DNA of 64,000 nucleotides from positions 69,690,001 to 69,754,000 of the forward strand of contig NC_087437.1 in NCBI RefSeq assembly GCF_036321535.1, given 5' to 3'. The position numbers and the translations under genes were made by a program. Below are positions 37,638-49,563 of the stretch, piece after piece. This stretch comes from Camelus dromedarius. Its lineage: Eukaryota. The notes below the pieces were generated by a model. That model was not told the DNA's origin. It did no database searches and saw nothing but the letters and a program-made list of their open reading frames with translations. The first letter of the stretch is position 1; each line of letters opens with the position of its first letter.

Positions 37638-40600
37638 CAGTCGCTTGTACTTCTCTTTGTTGAGTCACAAGTTAGAGAGTAATTTAGGAGGTTTGTTCTG
37701 CCTTTTTCCCTGGAGTTCCAGAACACAGGTAAGTTCATCGTTGAAAGCTGCTTGCTTAGTGTCGCAGTGCTGGACAAGATGGCATGCTCTCACCCGTTGG
37801 AGGTTGGTCTTCCCTAAGGATCAGCCCTCCCATCGTCATTAAGTGAATAGCTCCCCTTACTGTTCTGCGTTAGATGTACTCTCCACTTGCTTTTGCTTTG
37901 TAACATTTCTTTTAAAGTTCATGTTTTCTTTTCCTCTGATTTCTAACCACTAGAAATACAAGAAAGAAACTTCATTCTCGATGGGCAGTGCCAACTAGTT
38001 TCTGGCCTAGATTAAGTTTATTTGACAATGCACAATATTTTTAATTACACTATTCATTCACTCCAAAAAAAAAAAAAAAATACCATGCTAGTACTTTCCA
38101 CGTGCCAAGCTCTGAGCTGGGTCTCGGGGAGGGCTGTGGAGAACAAGCCAGACAGGGCCTGTGCGCGAACAGGGCTGACAGACCAGACGGGGCAGTGGCC
38201 GGTGAAGTAAGCAATCCCGAGAAACGGTGAAGTTGAGGACACCTGTGTGGGGTTTGGAGCGCACAGAACAGGGCACCTTAGGTCCTGGACTGATCAGAGG
38301 AGGCTTCCAGGTGAAAGTGAAATTTAAAACTAAATCAGAAAGGAGAGAAGAGAGAGAGGTAGGCAGAACATTCCAGAAATGCAGAGGCCTACAACCAGAT
38401 GGAACAATATTGCCTGATTAATTTTCAAAATCTGGGAAAAAAAAATCACCTTTTGCCCTAATAGTTTCTGACTTTTCCTTATGTGCATCTGATCTGTTTA
38501 AAAAAGAAAAGAAAAGAAATGAAAAACCAGTGGAGTTAAAAGAGAGAAGATGAGCATTTCTATTCCTGTAAAACGTGTAGGACAAGGAGAGCGCCTGCCG
38601 GCGTAACCGCGCAGAGCTGTGCGGACGGCGTCTAGTGCGTGCTGGGCGGCATTATCCAGCCGCCTGGGCCTTCTGGAGGATGCAGAGAGCCTGTCACCTA
38701 GCAGAACAGCAGGAGAAAGCTTTCAGCCTCTCCACAAGGAGGTTTGCGAGTGGGTTTTTATTTTAGATGTAGGCACGGTCAGGTTGTACGGACTCTCCAG
38801 TGTCCTCCAGGAGCTGCTCCAGAGCCTGGTGATGATGCCATGTTGGAGTCAGTGGCACAGCAAGAATTGTAGACAAATCCCTGAGGCCCCCTGGCGCTCT
38901 GGGTAATAAAGTCCCAGCGAAGGGTCCAAAGCAGAACCGCCTTCACCAAGTTCTGCGCTGTGGTGGTTACTGCCCTAGACGTAGGTCCAAGGGTAACTCG
39001 GAGCCTACCACCACTTTTTAATCCCTTATCTTCTTATTTCCAAGAGCCTTAAAACCCCAGGAAATCTCTCGCAAATGTACTTGTTATCTCTGCATTCAAA
39101 TTCCGCAGGCTACTTACCTTGCTTCATGGTATTTGAATGTTTTTGATTCGGAAACATACAAAATGAAAACACACATTATGCAGATTAAAGACGGTCTGGA
39201 ATCCCTTAGAATTTAAATCTAAAATGTATTCTAAAACGGATCTGCAAGTCACAGTTTAGGGCTAGGAAATAGAAAGAGAGGAAGAAAACCAGAAAGGATG
39301 AAAACCACTAGAGACCTACCCAAACCTGCACTTTTAAAATCCTTTTTAGCAAGTCAAATACATGAAGGCACAACAGGCTTCAAAATATTCATAAAACGTA
39401 CGTTTTTAAACACAAAATGTAATCTACTTTGACCCAAGAATAAGTAGACTTGGGTCTGGGAGGTAGCTCTTTATTCAATCAGATGACTGTTCTTGAATTC
39501 CAGCAAGGGGCAGAGGCCAGGGTTTTACCCAGAGGTGCAGTGGAGACACGTTCTAGGCACAAGGGCAAAAGCACTTGTTTCTTCTTTAAGACAGAAAATG
39601 CATGACTGACCCTAATACCTGACTGACAGCTGATTCAAACACACTTACCTTACCCATATTTCTAGGTGGAGTGGCCCAGGGAAACTCCTTTATTAAACTT
39701 AGCCCCTTGGGCATTCTAACATTTTAATTCACTGATTATTAAAAATTAAACCTCTAAGGCTAAATAAGACACCTGCAGGATTTGAGGAGACTGACTTACT
39801 GTAGGAGATTAAGGACGCCTTCTCTTTACATCGGAGGTGCGTAGTGAGTGTGCACTTCTGTAACAACCCACATCTCTGCCGAGCAGCACTTAAAGTCAGT
39901 TCGTGCATCTGTACTTGCTTCTCAGGGCTATCGCTTCATGCCTGCAGCCAGAAGGACCTCATAAACCCATATAATACATTTTTATTGCATTGCCATGTCG
40001 TGCTGTTAAGACTGTTCCTTATAGAAATTCTGCCTCACCTAGCTTACCTTCTCTTTAGTTTTACTATTTGACACCAGCCGACTAAAAGGGGGGGGGGGGT
40101 TCAGTCCCCCTGTAATCATGTCAACCCAAAGCTAACTAATCAGAAAACGATTATTTTCTTTTCCCCAGATTTATAGAGTTTTTTTAAAAAATGCATTGAT
40201 TTGTTTTTATAAATAGTTTTCCATTCTGACAATAAATGTTATGCATTCTTATTATGGAAGAATTTGAAAATATATGAAACTGTAAAGAAGAAATAAAGAT
40301 TATATATAATCTCTCTCCTCAGAGATAACACCATTCATATGATATAAACAAATGTTTGGTCTGAAAGTTTGAGCTGTCAGTGTACTATGAAATACTCAGG
40401 CTAGAACACCTAACCCGTTCTACGTGTTCCGCCCTCTCTCAAGCTGGGCCTGACTTGCTCAAGGTCACAGAAGAGGCAGGTCCAGGAGCAGCTCCTGCCC
40501 CAAGCCAGTGCTCTCTCCACAGGGACAAGCAAACACTCCGCTCTCCCAGCTCCTGAGTCAAACCTGACTCACTTCACAGGAGATCTCCTGTGTGTCCCCT

Positions 40601-41467
40601 CCAGGATTCCCAGTAAGACTCCCCCCTTTCAGATGGGGGACCTCTTACGTTCTCTCTGTAGATTGATGTATTAATATTTTCCCTTTTACAAATTTGTCCT
40701 TTTTTAATGAAATGACCTTTTATTTTAAAAAGTATTTTCTCTGATTCTCTTTAGTATAAAGCATAGCTTATGTAAAGACCCTGGAATTAGAACATTCGTG
40801 CAAACAATATAAATCCCCAGACTCTACATTTCCTGCCTGTGGACTGGACTGAATGCTTATAAAGAGGGTTAGTTCATTAATTGACGAGAATAAGGAGTGA
40901 GTCTCAATTATTTTATCACATAATGAGAAGGTATGTCAGCATTAGTTTTGGTTTGGATTTATTCATTCATTCAGCAAGGAGTTATCACCATCTGTCCAGG
41001 GTGGCAAAAAGCTTGGGAAGTCATGCATGTCTCTGACTCACTCCAAAGCAGCATCGAATACCTGAAGTCCGTTCCTGGTCACGATCAACTATACCAGGAA
41101 AAGCCCCTAGGAGAATCTGAAAGTAAAGTTAAAGTGTAAGATTCCTTTTTGACCCACATCCAGCTAAGGGGGAGCCCAACTTCCTTTCTCAAACACTGAT
41201 GACCTGCCAAGGCTTTTTCTTTTCCCAGCCAGTTTGATGTATTGTCCTACTCATCAGGGTAACGATCCACCTATGAACTAAGAAAACAGGAATAACCTTA
41301 AGGTTGAGGATTAGACCGACTTCTGTATTTTGGCTTTTGCTCCTAAACTAGACCCAGAATGACTACTGGGATTCTCAGAGAACATTACTCTAGATATCTG
41401 AGGCATTAGGGTTTATACAACATGAATATAGTACATGGGAGAAAATTTAAAACTCTAACAATCCAAA

Positions 41468-41658
41468 TGAGTTTTTCAAATGATTTTTTTTTTGTTTTGT
41501 TTTCTATTCATTTTCCTTTGCATAAGAAATTCTGAGGTAATCCTATATTGGAACAGTTAGTAGTCTCCAGTTACATTTAGTATGAAGGTGGAACAGTAAT
41601 TTTGTAGCTATAATGTATTATTAAGATTAAAATCCTATTCCTGGAAGGAAAAAAAAAA
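41468..41658 (+). pseudogene. Tiny 5'-truncated retrocopy (3' end of an unidentified polyadenylated RNA)
   Basis: Flanked by the direct repeat aaaactctaacaatccaaa (41449-41467 and 41659-41677) at a TT/AAAA site. ATTAAA at 41626-41631 lies 17 nt before the A run starting at 41649. Confidence 0.8.
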
Positions 41659-43724
41659 AAAACTCTAACAATCCAAAGAGAAATCGTATGCGTAGCTTTT
41701 TTTTCTACGTCAAAAGGAAAAATAATAATAATGCTTACAAGGACAAGCTGCTAATCCCTAAAGCCTCCAAGGAGGGAGGAGAAACCTTTGAAAAAGAAAT
41801 GAACAATTTCAAAGTGTGGCTTTGAAAACTGAATTAATAAAAATGCCCCCCTTCAAGCCACTATAATAATAAAGGTTTTATTTTTCCAAACTGTGGCCAA
41901 AAAAAATCACAAAACAACACACACACACAAAGGAGCACAAAAAACCATAAACTCCCATGGAGGACACTTACAGACGTCACGCTTCAGGTCCTCAGCATCC
42001 GTGAGGGAGGACGAAGCTGCAAGTCGAATGTTCTCATTCATTTCCTTTATTAAATTTCTTAATGGTTTTAACTCTGTCCCTCTCTCGCCTTTCCAGGCAA
42101 CTAGAGGATAAAATCCCTATTGAATGTGGACCCTCCTTCTCCCCTGAACATACACTCCTATTAATTCTGGCCCTGAAAAAAAATGCAATTAGTTACGTTA
42201 AGTCCTCAAACTAATGTGTCATTTTCAAACCCTGTGGCCCCTCAGAAGACTGGCCTCATAGAAACACTTGTTCTGTACACAACAGAGAATGTTTCCTTGT
42301 TCCCATGGCTGCGGCAGGTTAAAGTGAGCTGTTTATGTTCACGTAAACACACTGGAGTTAGAACATTCGTGGAAACCCCAGAATCTACCTGGCCTACCTC
42401 TGGATTGGAATGAATGCTTATAAGCAGAGGAGTGGAGGTAAACTGTTAGGAGTCAAAGGACTGAAAATCAGTTTTCCTCCTCAGGGATTTGTTGTGCCCT
42501 CATCTTCTCTCCCAGATAGAGTCCACAAAAGGCAAAATGCCCAAACTGCTCATAAACGTAGATGCGGAAATTTCCTCAGGTGCTAAGGGAGTCACCGAAC
42601 TGTAAGTCTGAGGGTTTCCAATGAAGCATCTCTCAGCTTCACACCACTCACTTTAATTCTGGAGACAGATAAGCCTAATCATACCACATAATGGGAGATG
42701 AGAGGTGAGAATAAATCTTCTGGCCTTTGAACAACAACAACAACAAAAAGCTTGGATTTTTAAGGTTTAAATATCCTGAGTCATGAGGAGATTCTTAAAT
42801 AAAGCTCAACCCTCCAGAAAATGTTCTACCTGCCAGGGATCTGGGGGCTAATGAAAGGACCTCTTGGCCTTTCGAATGGCTGTGAATTCCCAACAATGAT
42901 TTTGCCTTTGCATTAAGGCATGGTGATTTCAAAAGAATAACACTGTCCCCTGCCCAGAATCTCAGCAAAGGCAGCTCTCAAGGGATTGATTGATTGATTC
43001 TCTCACTCATTCACTCATTCATTTATGGACTCAAACACTTATTCAGCAGATTATTAAGCACGTACTCTGTGCTAGAGAAATAGCTGAGGCTACAATAGTG
43101 GACAAGGAAGACATTGTCTATGCCAAGAGGAAAGGCTGAATTGGCAATTTTTGATGCTGCACATTTTTTGGGTGCAAAGAATCTGAAAGTCAAAGGCAGA
43201 TTAGCATAAACAAAGTTGTCAAAGGTCTTGCCTATTCTAGTATTAAATTATTTTCCCCATTGCTTCCTTGTACCCCCTCATCAGGAGCTAAGATCTAAAC
43301 ATATGACAAGATGCTTCCACAGAATTCTAGAACTTTCTCTGTACTAGACCTCTCCCAAATTCTGTTTACTGTATTGCTGTAGTAGATTTATCTTTCTACT
43401 TTATTATTTAGGCTGGCACTGGCTCACTTGTTAGGTGTATTTGCTAAAACAAGATCAATGGGTGGAGAGAAGCTTTCCCAAGAAACATAAAAATGGTAGA
43501 CTTCAGGTATAGTCTAACAAGTATGTCCAGGGAATCCCTACAGAAATGATATACCTGGCAAGGCAATTTTACCCAAGAACTTGAGATCACCTTCACGTTG
43601 GAAAAGAGAGAACAATTTTTAGTTGTTAAGGACCAAAATATGTCTTTCTTGTCTATAATAGAAAAGACACGTTTTTGAAAAGTAACATTTCATGCCTGCT
43701 CTGATTGAAAAAAAATTTTTTTCA

Positions 43725-43744
43725 CTGTTGCCACCTAGTGGACA
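43725..43744 (-). promoter_or_regulatory. Candidate CTCF site
   Basis: Reverse complement TGTCCACTAGGTGGCAACAG contains the full CCACYAGRKGGC core. Confidence 0.6.
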
Positions 43745-44964
43745 AAGGTGATTACTTTCGATGGCACCTAGGAACATGTCTTAGTATGACCACAGGATGG
43801 CAGCACACAACCAAGTTTTCAAAGAGCCAGGCTCAGGGGAAAAATTAAGGTTTTCTCCTCAAAAGAGAATGTTCCAACAGAAGAGGGTGGGTAGGAAGTA
43901 ACAGTACAAAATAAGCATTCCATTCTCTTTTCCTAAATACAAATGGAATTCCAAGTCTTAAGATCATTAGTGTTTCACAAACCAGTTCATTTATTACATT
44001 AGGGAAGACTTCCTAAAATTTACCTGGTAAGCTAGTTTGTTTTTTAAAGATACTTTAAACAAATGTGTATTTTTATCTGACTTTTTATGAGATTTTCTTC
44101 ATAGAGTGTAACATTTGAGCAATGTTTTTAAATTCTTCTTTTAATGAAGTCTGATTGATTAGCAGGGGAGTGTCTGTTCCCTAAGATACCCGTTCAGAGC
44201 ATACAGACTCTTACCCAGGCTTGTGCCAGCGACGGGTGGACCCACTGCTAGTTTTGTTCTGACCAAAATGCTGCCTAGTCAGTCTGCTTCCCTGTCACTT
44301 CAGTGTGCTAGCATCCTGTTTCATTCATCCATACTGCTTTTAATTTTATTCTTTGATACCATCATGGCTTACTTTTAAGATCTATTTTTCCCTTTTTCCA
44401 CTAAACTTTCATTGACAGTCCTCTCTAGAAGGGATGTTACCATAAACCTGACAATATAGTATGATGTATATTATACATATGATGAGTAGTATGATGATTT
44501 ATCTAATTGATAGAATAAATTTATAAGAAGCATTTAATTGAGATTATTTTATGGTTGATGAAGCTGAGGCAAAGAGAAGTTAAGTGATACCTTCTAGCTT
44601 AAGCAGAGCTATTATTGGTTTTCCTGCTTGCCCAGGTTCCTGAACAATTGCTTGGAATTATTCCATGAGACCAGGAATGAAGCAGCAGAAACTACGTGTT
44701 CTTTACATGGAGATGGTCCCCTTGGGAATCTAAGCCCTTTTGGGTGAAGAGCATCACTCTGTGACTGAGAGGTCCTTGTAAATTCTAAAGAGTGATCAAC
44801 CAAAGAAAGAAGGGAAAGTTGCACTTTGCACAAGAGCAGAACCAAACTTTCCCCAGTCGATATTGAATAATTTCAATGTCTCAGTGATGACCCTAGAGTT
44901 ATACAGGCTGTACTCACACAGCCTTGCTTTCTTAAAAATTCCAGAGGGGTAATGGGAATCATGG

Positions 44965-45110
44965 ACAGAGCTCTGGCTGGAGAGCTGGGGGCCCTGAATT
45001 TCAGTCTCAGCTCTGCCTCTCGCTTTCTGTGTGACCTCAGGGAAATTGATTAGCCTCTCTGGGCCTCAGTTTCCTTAGATTATAATGAGCACATTATCTA
45101 CAGTGCCTTT
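44965..45110 (+). mobile_element. MIR SINE remnant
   Basis: ccctgaatttcagtctcagctctgcc...ctgtgtgacctcagggaaattgattagcctctctgggcctcagtttcctt (MIR core). Confidence 0.75.
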
Positions 45111-46729
45111 TTAAAGAATTTTTAAGGAAATATATTGATTTCAAAGAAAAGTTGTGAGAACAAGTATTATGAAGGAAAATAGATGCCTGTGTATTTTATA
45201 CACAATTGAAATGTTTGTGATCCGACGATCAGTGTGGTCAAGAAGTGGAGACTGGCGTTTTATATCTTGGTAGAATCTGGCTTCACTTCCCAGGTGAGCT
45301 TGAAATCAGTTGCTGGCTTCTGCTAGGAGAGGAGCAGAATTCTTGCTCCAAGTTTCTGTCCGTAATGGACTAGCTCTTCACGGGCAGATGGGCAGGTGCC
45401 AGTGACTTTGAGCATCTTCAGAAGTGCATCTGGAGGACCACCAGCAATCATGGTGTAAAAGAACATTCACAGTGGCTCCCCACCCCGCCCTCCCCACATC
45501 TGACTAGTTTAGGGGAATTGTCCCTACACCTAGACACAGCTTGCACTGTGAACAGCCTGGCTGACACTAGTTTTGCTAATGCTGAATTGTAGCCAAACAT
45601 TTTCAAGACTTCAGACACTAGGACAGTTGTGCCTTTCTTATAATCGTCTTAAGAATGCTAGAAAACATGCTGTTTGAGAGTTTCTCCTTGTGATCTCCTT
45701 TGGATGGGCAAATGGAAAATCTCTGAGGAAGGGGATTAGTAAATCGCACTGAACCTCAGAAACTTTGCAGACTTGATACTGAAGATCTGACCCCTTTGGC
45801 TGAATCAGAATAAAGTTTAGCTACTCAGATCCTCTGTTGTCTTAACAGAGTCTCAGATCCTCTGTTAGGTGAATGCTTGGCATATCTTTATTTTTTCTCA
45901 TTACTTCAGTGATTCTGGATCCTCGCTTTTAGCCCGTGATGTGCTCAGGTGCCTTCATGCATTGGCTGTGCTACAAAGGGAACAGTAACAGACACAGCCC
46001 CTGCTTCCATGGAACTCACAGGCCAGGAGTGAAGATAAGCATTAATCAAAACCTCAGATAAACGCATTTGAAATTAAAATGGAGATGAGTGTTACGAAGG
46101 AGGACAGGGTTTATATTAAAGGGACTTAACTGTACCAGGGAGACTAAGGAAGGCTTCTCTGTGGAATTTATAACGAATGTCAAAGCACGAGTGGGATCCC
46201 TAGTAGAGATGTCACTAGGCCACAGGCCTCCCGACAGAGAAGAGTGGCAGCGTGGAGCGCCAGGTAGGATTGCTGGCTGGAATGCAGCGATGATCAGCAC
46301 TGGGGGGGTGGGGAGGTGAAAGGGCAGAGCCACGGATGCCGAGCCGCATGCTGCTCTTTATCCCGGAAGCCGCAAGAAAGCATAAGCAAGTTTCAAGCAG
46401 GACAGTGAGATGACTGGATGTCTGGATCAGAAGGCTCTCTCTGGCTTCAGAGGTCACTCTACTTCCTAAGTGCAAACATGTTATTCAGGGATGCAAGGCT
46501 ACATCCTGATCTTCCAAGAGAAGAAAACCCGTTTCCGACAGCCATGCTTTGGGCTCCTGTAGCAGATGAATCATTCAGTTGGCTCTGAGATTCAAAGTAT
46601 CCTCTGGAAATTTTCCATACTTACTCCTAAAGATCTGAGAGCACTGTGGTTTAATTAATAAGGACACTTGAAAGAGAGTCTAGGTATTGACCTATGGAAG
46701 CTCTTCCAACCCTGAGATTTATTTACCCA

Positions 46730-47190
46730 TAAACAATTATTTATTGAATACATACTGCATACCAGGCTCTAATCTAGGCACCAGGGATGCAAGAGTTGAC
46801 AAAACATGAACTGTTGTGCCCTCATGGCGAGTATGTTCTAATGATGGAGAGAAACGCTGAACAAGCAAGTAAGTATGTGTATAACATGATGCTAAGTAGT
46901 GGTCAATGCTATTAATATTAGTAAATCAGGGGAAAAGAATAGAAAGTAACAGGGGAGACCATTTTTGATAAGGTGATCGGAGAAATCCTTCCTGAGTTGA
47001 CATTTCAGCAGAAATCTGAGTGACATACACCGAGTAGGCGGTGCAGAGATCTGGGGGAGGCAGATTCCCAGCAGGTGAAACAGTGAGTGCAAAGGCTTTC
47101 AAGTTGGACTGTAGGTTAGAAGAAAAGGAAGAAAGGAAAAGGAAGAGAGCCAATTGGCTTGAGTAGAGCAAACAGGGACAGTTGGGAGAA
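46730..47190 (-). mobile_element. L2 LINE 3' remnant
   Basis: tatttattgaatacatactgcataccaggctctaatctaggcaccagggat...tgccctcatgg...gagtgcaaaggc, a reverse-strand L2 3' end. Confidence 0.7.
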
Positions 47191-47548
47191 TGGGGTCGGT
47201 GGGGGCCAGACATCCTATCTTTACATTAAATTGCAGTCAGGAGTACTTTTACATGTCGTACTCGGAGTTCTTGAATCTGTCTGCACACATAACAAGTCAC
47301 ATCAAGTATTGGTATTTGCACATTGTTTTTTTGCCACCTCCAACTGCACAACATTTGTTCCAACAAAACAACCTCCTTCCATGTGCCTTTCTTTCAACCT
47401 CTACTGATACGTGTTCCTCTTAGAGCGTCCTTGCCGCCTTTCTGCTCATGCTCCTTTCCGTGGAGAGTACCGGGCTACCTTTGTGCTTGTTCTCAACTGA
47501 TAAAGGATTTTTTACCTGTTTTTGTTTTGCTAAATGTTTCCTTTTTAG

Positions 47549-47581
47549 AAATTGGCACCACCGTGCACTTCAAGCAAAAAG
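47549..47581 (+). CDS. LSAMP: LSAMP alternative 33-nt microexon, stalk insert (E/K)IGTTVHFKQK(G)
   Basis: tttcctttttag|AA...AAAG|gtatga; 33 nt, phase 1-1, stop-free. The peptide matches the second part of the recalled 23-aa LSAMP insert. Confidence 0.9.
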
Positions 47582-49544
47582 GTATGATTCTTATTTCTGA
47601 TTATGTTATGTATGTTAACATTAAGGTTTCACAGCAATATATCGAGGGCTTATACCATTGAGTTTATTTCATATCAATAATTTGTGGTAATAATTTCCAT
47701 AACACATTGCCACTCTTTTTCCCAAATTGTGAACTTTCTCATTCACAAAAAGCCCCTGATCCAACCCATGACCCCTGTATTGCTTTTGACAGTTATTCTT
47801 GAATCTCCAGAACTGAGCAAGTTATACCCTCCTCCCAATTTCCTTTTCTTTTTTTTTTTTTTGAGGTATATATGAATTTTTTATTGTTAATGGGGGAGAT
47901 GTGACAGGTTTAGTAGTGATTTAAATAAGGTATATCATTTTTTTTAAAAAAGTTCCTAGATAATTGTGATGTTTAGCTATGTCTGACTCATGGACTCAGT
48001 GATTTAAAACATGTGCACATGCTCCTCTCACCCACAAACATCTACACACAACAAAGCACTATACATATGTGCATATATAGATGCATAAATTGAGATACAA
48101 TAGAGTAAGAAATAATATATTAAGGATGGTTAAAAAATTGATTATGAGCTCTGTTCTACCAGGGCACTGCTGCTCTGACAGCCATACAAACATGATGCAA
48201 GGGACAGCCTATGCAAGTGCTCTGGACTGCAACCGAGGGCCATCCTGGTACCTGTCGCCTCCCACTTTTCTTATCTTAAGTGTTCTTGGTTAATTCTTGT
48301 AGAGCTGACTTTTGGAAATGTTTGCCGCCTGATGACAGGGCTCTTAGAAGGAACACAGCGTCCACTTTGCCATCCTTGTTGGCTATTCAGATAGATACAT
48401 TACTGAAGGAAACAGAGCAGGGTCTCCTCAAATGAAGCACTTGAACATTTACTATTCCCTCCTGCCTCAGCATCCCCCCAGGTCTTCCTGTCACTTCACC
48501 CTGCTACACTCCACCCGGGCTGCTGGAAATTGTCTTTTTGTGCCCTCCACTGCCCCCACGTACCTCCCTCAGCCACGTGGCACATAATTCACATTCTTGC
48601 CCCTACAAAGACAGTGCAACCAGGTCAAAACTTCACGAAATGGACTCTAAGATTCAAGCAGTTACCCAACCTGAGGTGCCATCTTGTAAGTCCAACAGAA
48701 GTTCCTAACCGTGTCTGTCCCCAGACCAGAGTCACAGAATAATCTGCCTGGCAGACACCACTTTCCTTAAATCCTAGTGGCCACCCACTTGGATTGGTGA
48801 TTGTCTCATATGAAGATGTCTTCTTCCCTGAGTCTCAAATGGGACGAGACTACCAAGGTCATTCTCAGTAGTGAAAACTGTTCTTGTGGTACGTAGACCC
48901 TACCAGCCACAGCGATTGTGGACACTCTGTTGGTTACTCCCAGGAAAGGGCCAGTACCTTGTTCACAATCAGCGCTAGCAAGTCCTCACAGAAGGCGGCT
49001 GGAAAGAGGTAACCAGAAATGTATGCATAGGAACAAAATTATTGGGAGGAAGAAGTATAAACTACTGCCCTCTTCAACCTTTCTTCTCCCTTCAAAGCCA
49101 TGATTATCAATTATATTTGCATCTTAAGTAGCTAGGGTTTGTAGAACATGATACCTCACAGCTCTGGTGTGTAAGGAAAAATAGGCTATAGGACTTTTTT
49201 TTCAAAGACCAATGAGAAACATTCCTAGTGTTGCCCACAGGAATTCCAAGAAATGACCTAAAAATCTCAGAATTTTGCATTTCAAAATATTGGATGCTGT
49301 TTTGATGGAAAATATGTGATAATTCCAATTTTACTGTGAGAATACTTTAGCCTTACCCAAGACTCACTTTATAGAAGGGGGAGATAATGCATAAAGATTA
49401 TGTAGGAGGAACCCAGATTTAACTCTAAGACACATTACTCAAAGAAAACATCAATATATCCTCCTTTCCAGTCGGCTCCAGTCTGGAGATTATAGGCTCG
49501 TACTCCCAGTTGATTCACCCAGAGGAAGCTGTGCTGGTGGAAAA

Positions 49545-49563
49545 TGGACAGCAGGTGGCGCCA
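49545..49563 (+). promoter_or_regulatory. Candidate CTCF site
   Basis: TGGACAGCAGGTGGCGCCA, close to the 19-bp CTCF consensus with one core C changed to A. Confidence 0.55.

Noticed and set aside
37238..37777. 179-aa longest ORF and overlapping K/E/R-rich ORFs
   Set aside because: Stop-free only because of the polypurine tract.
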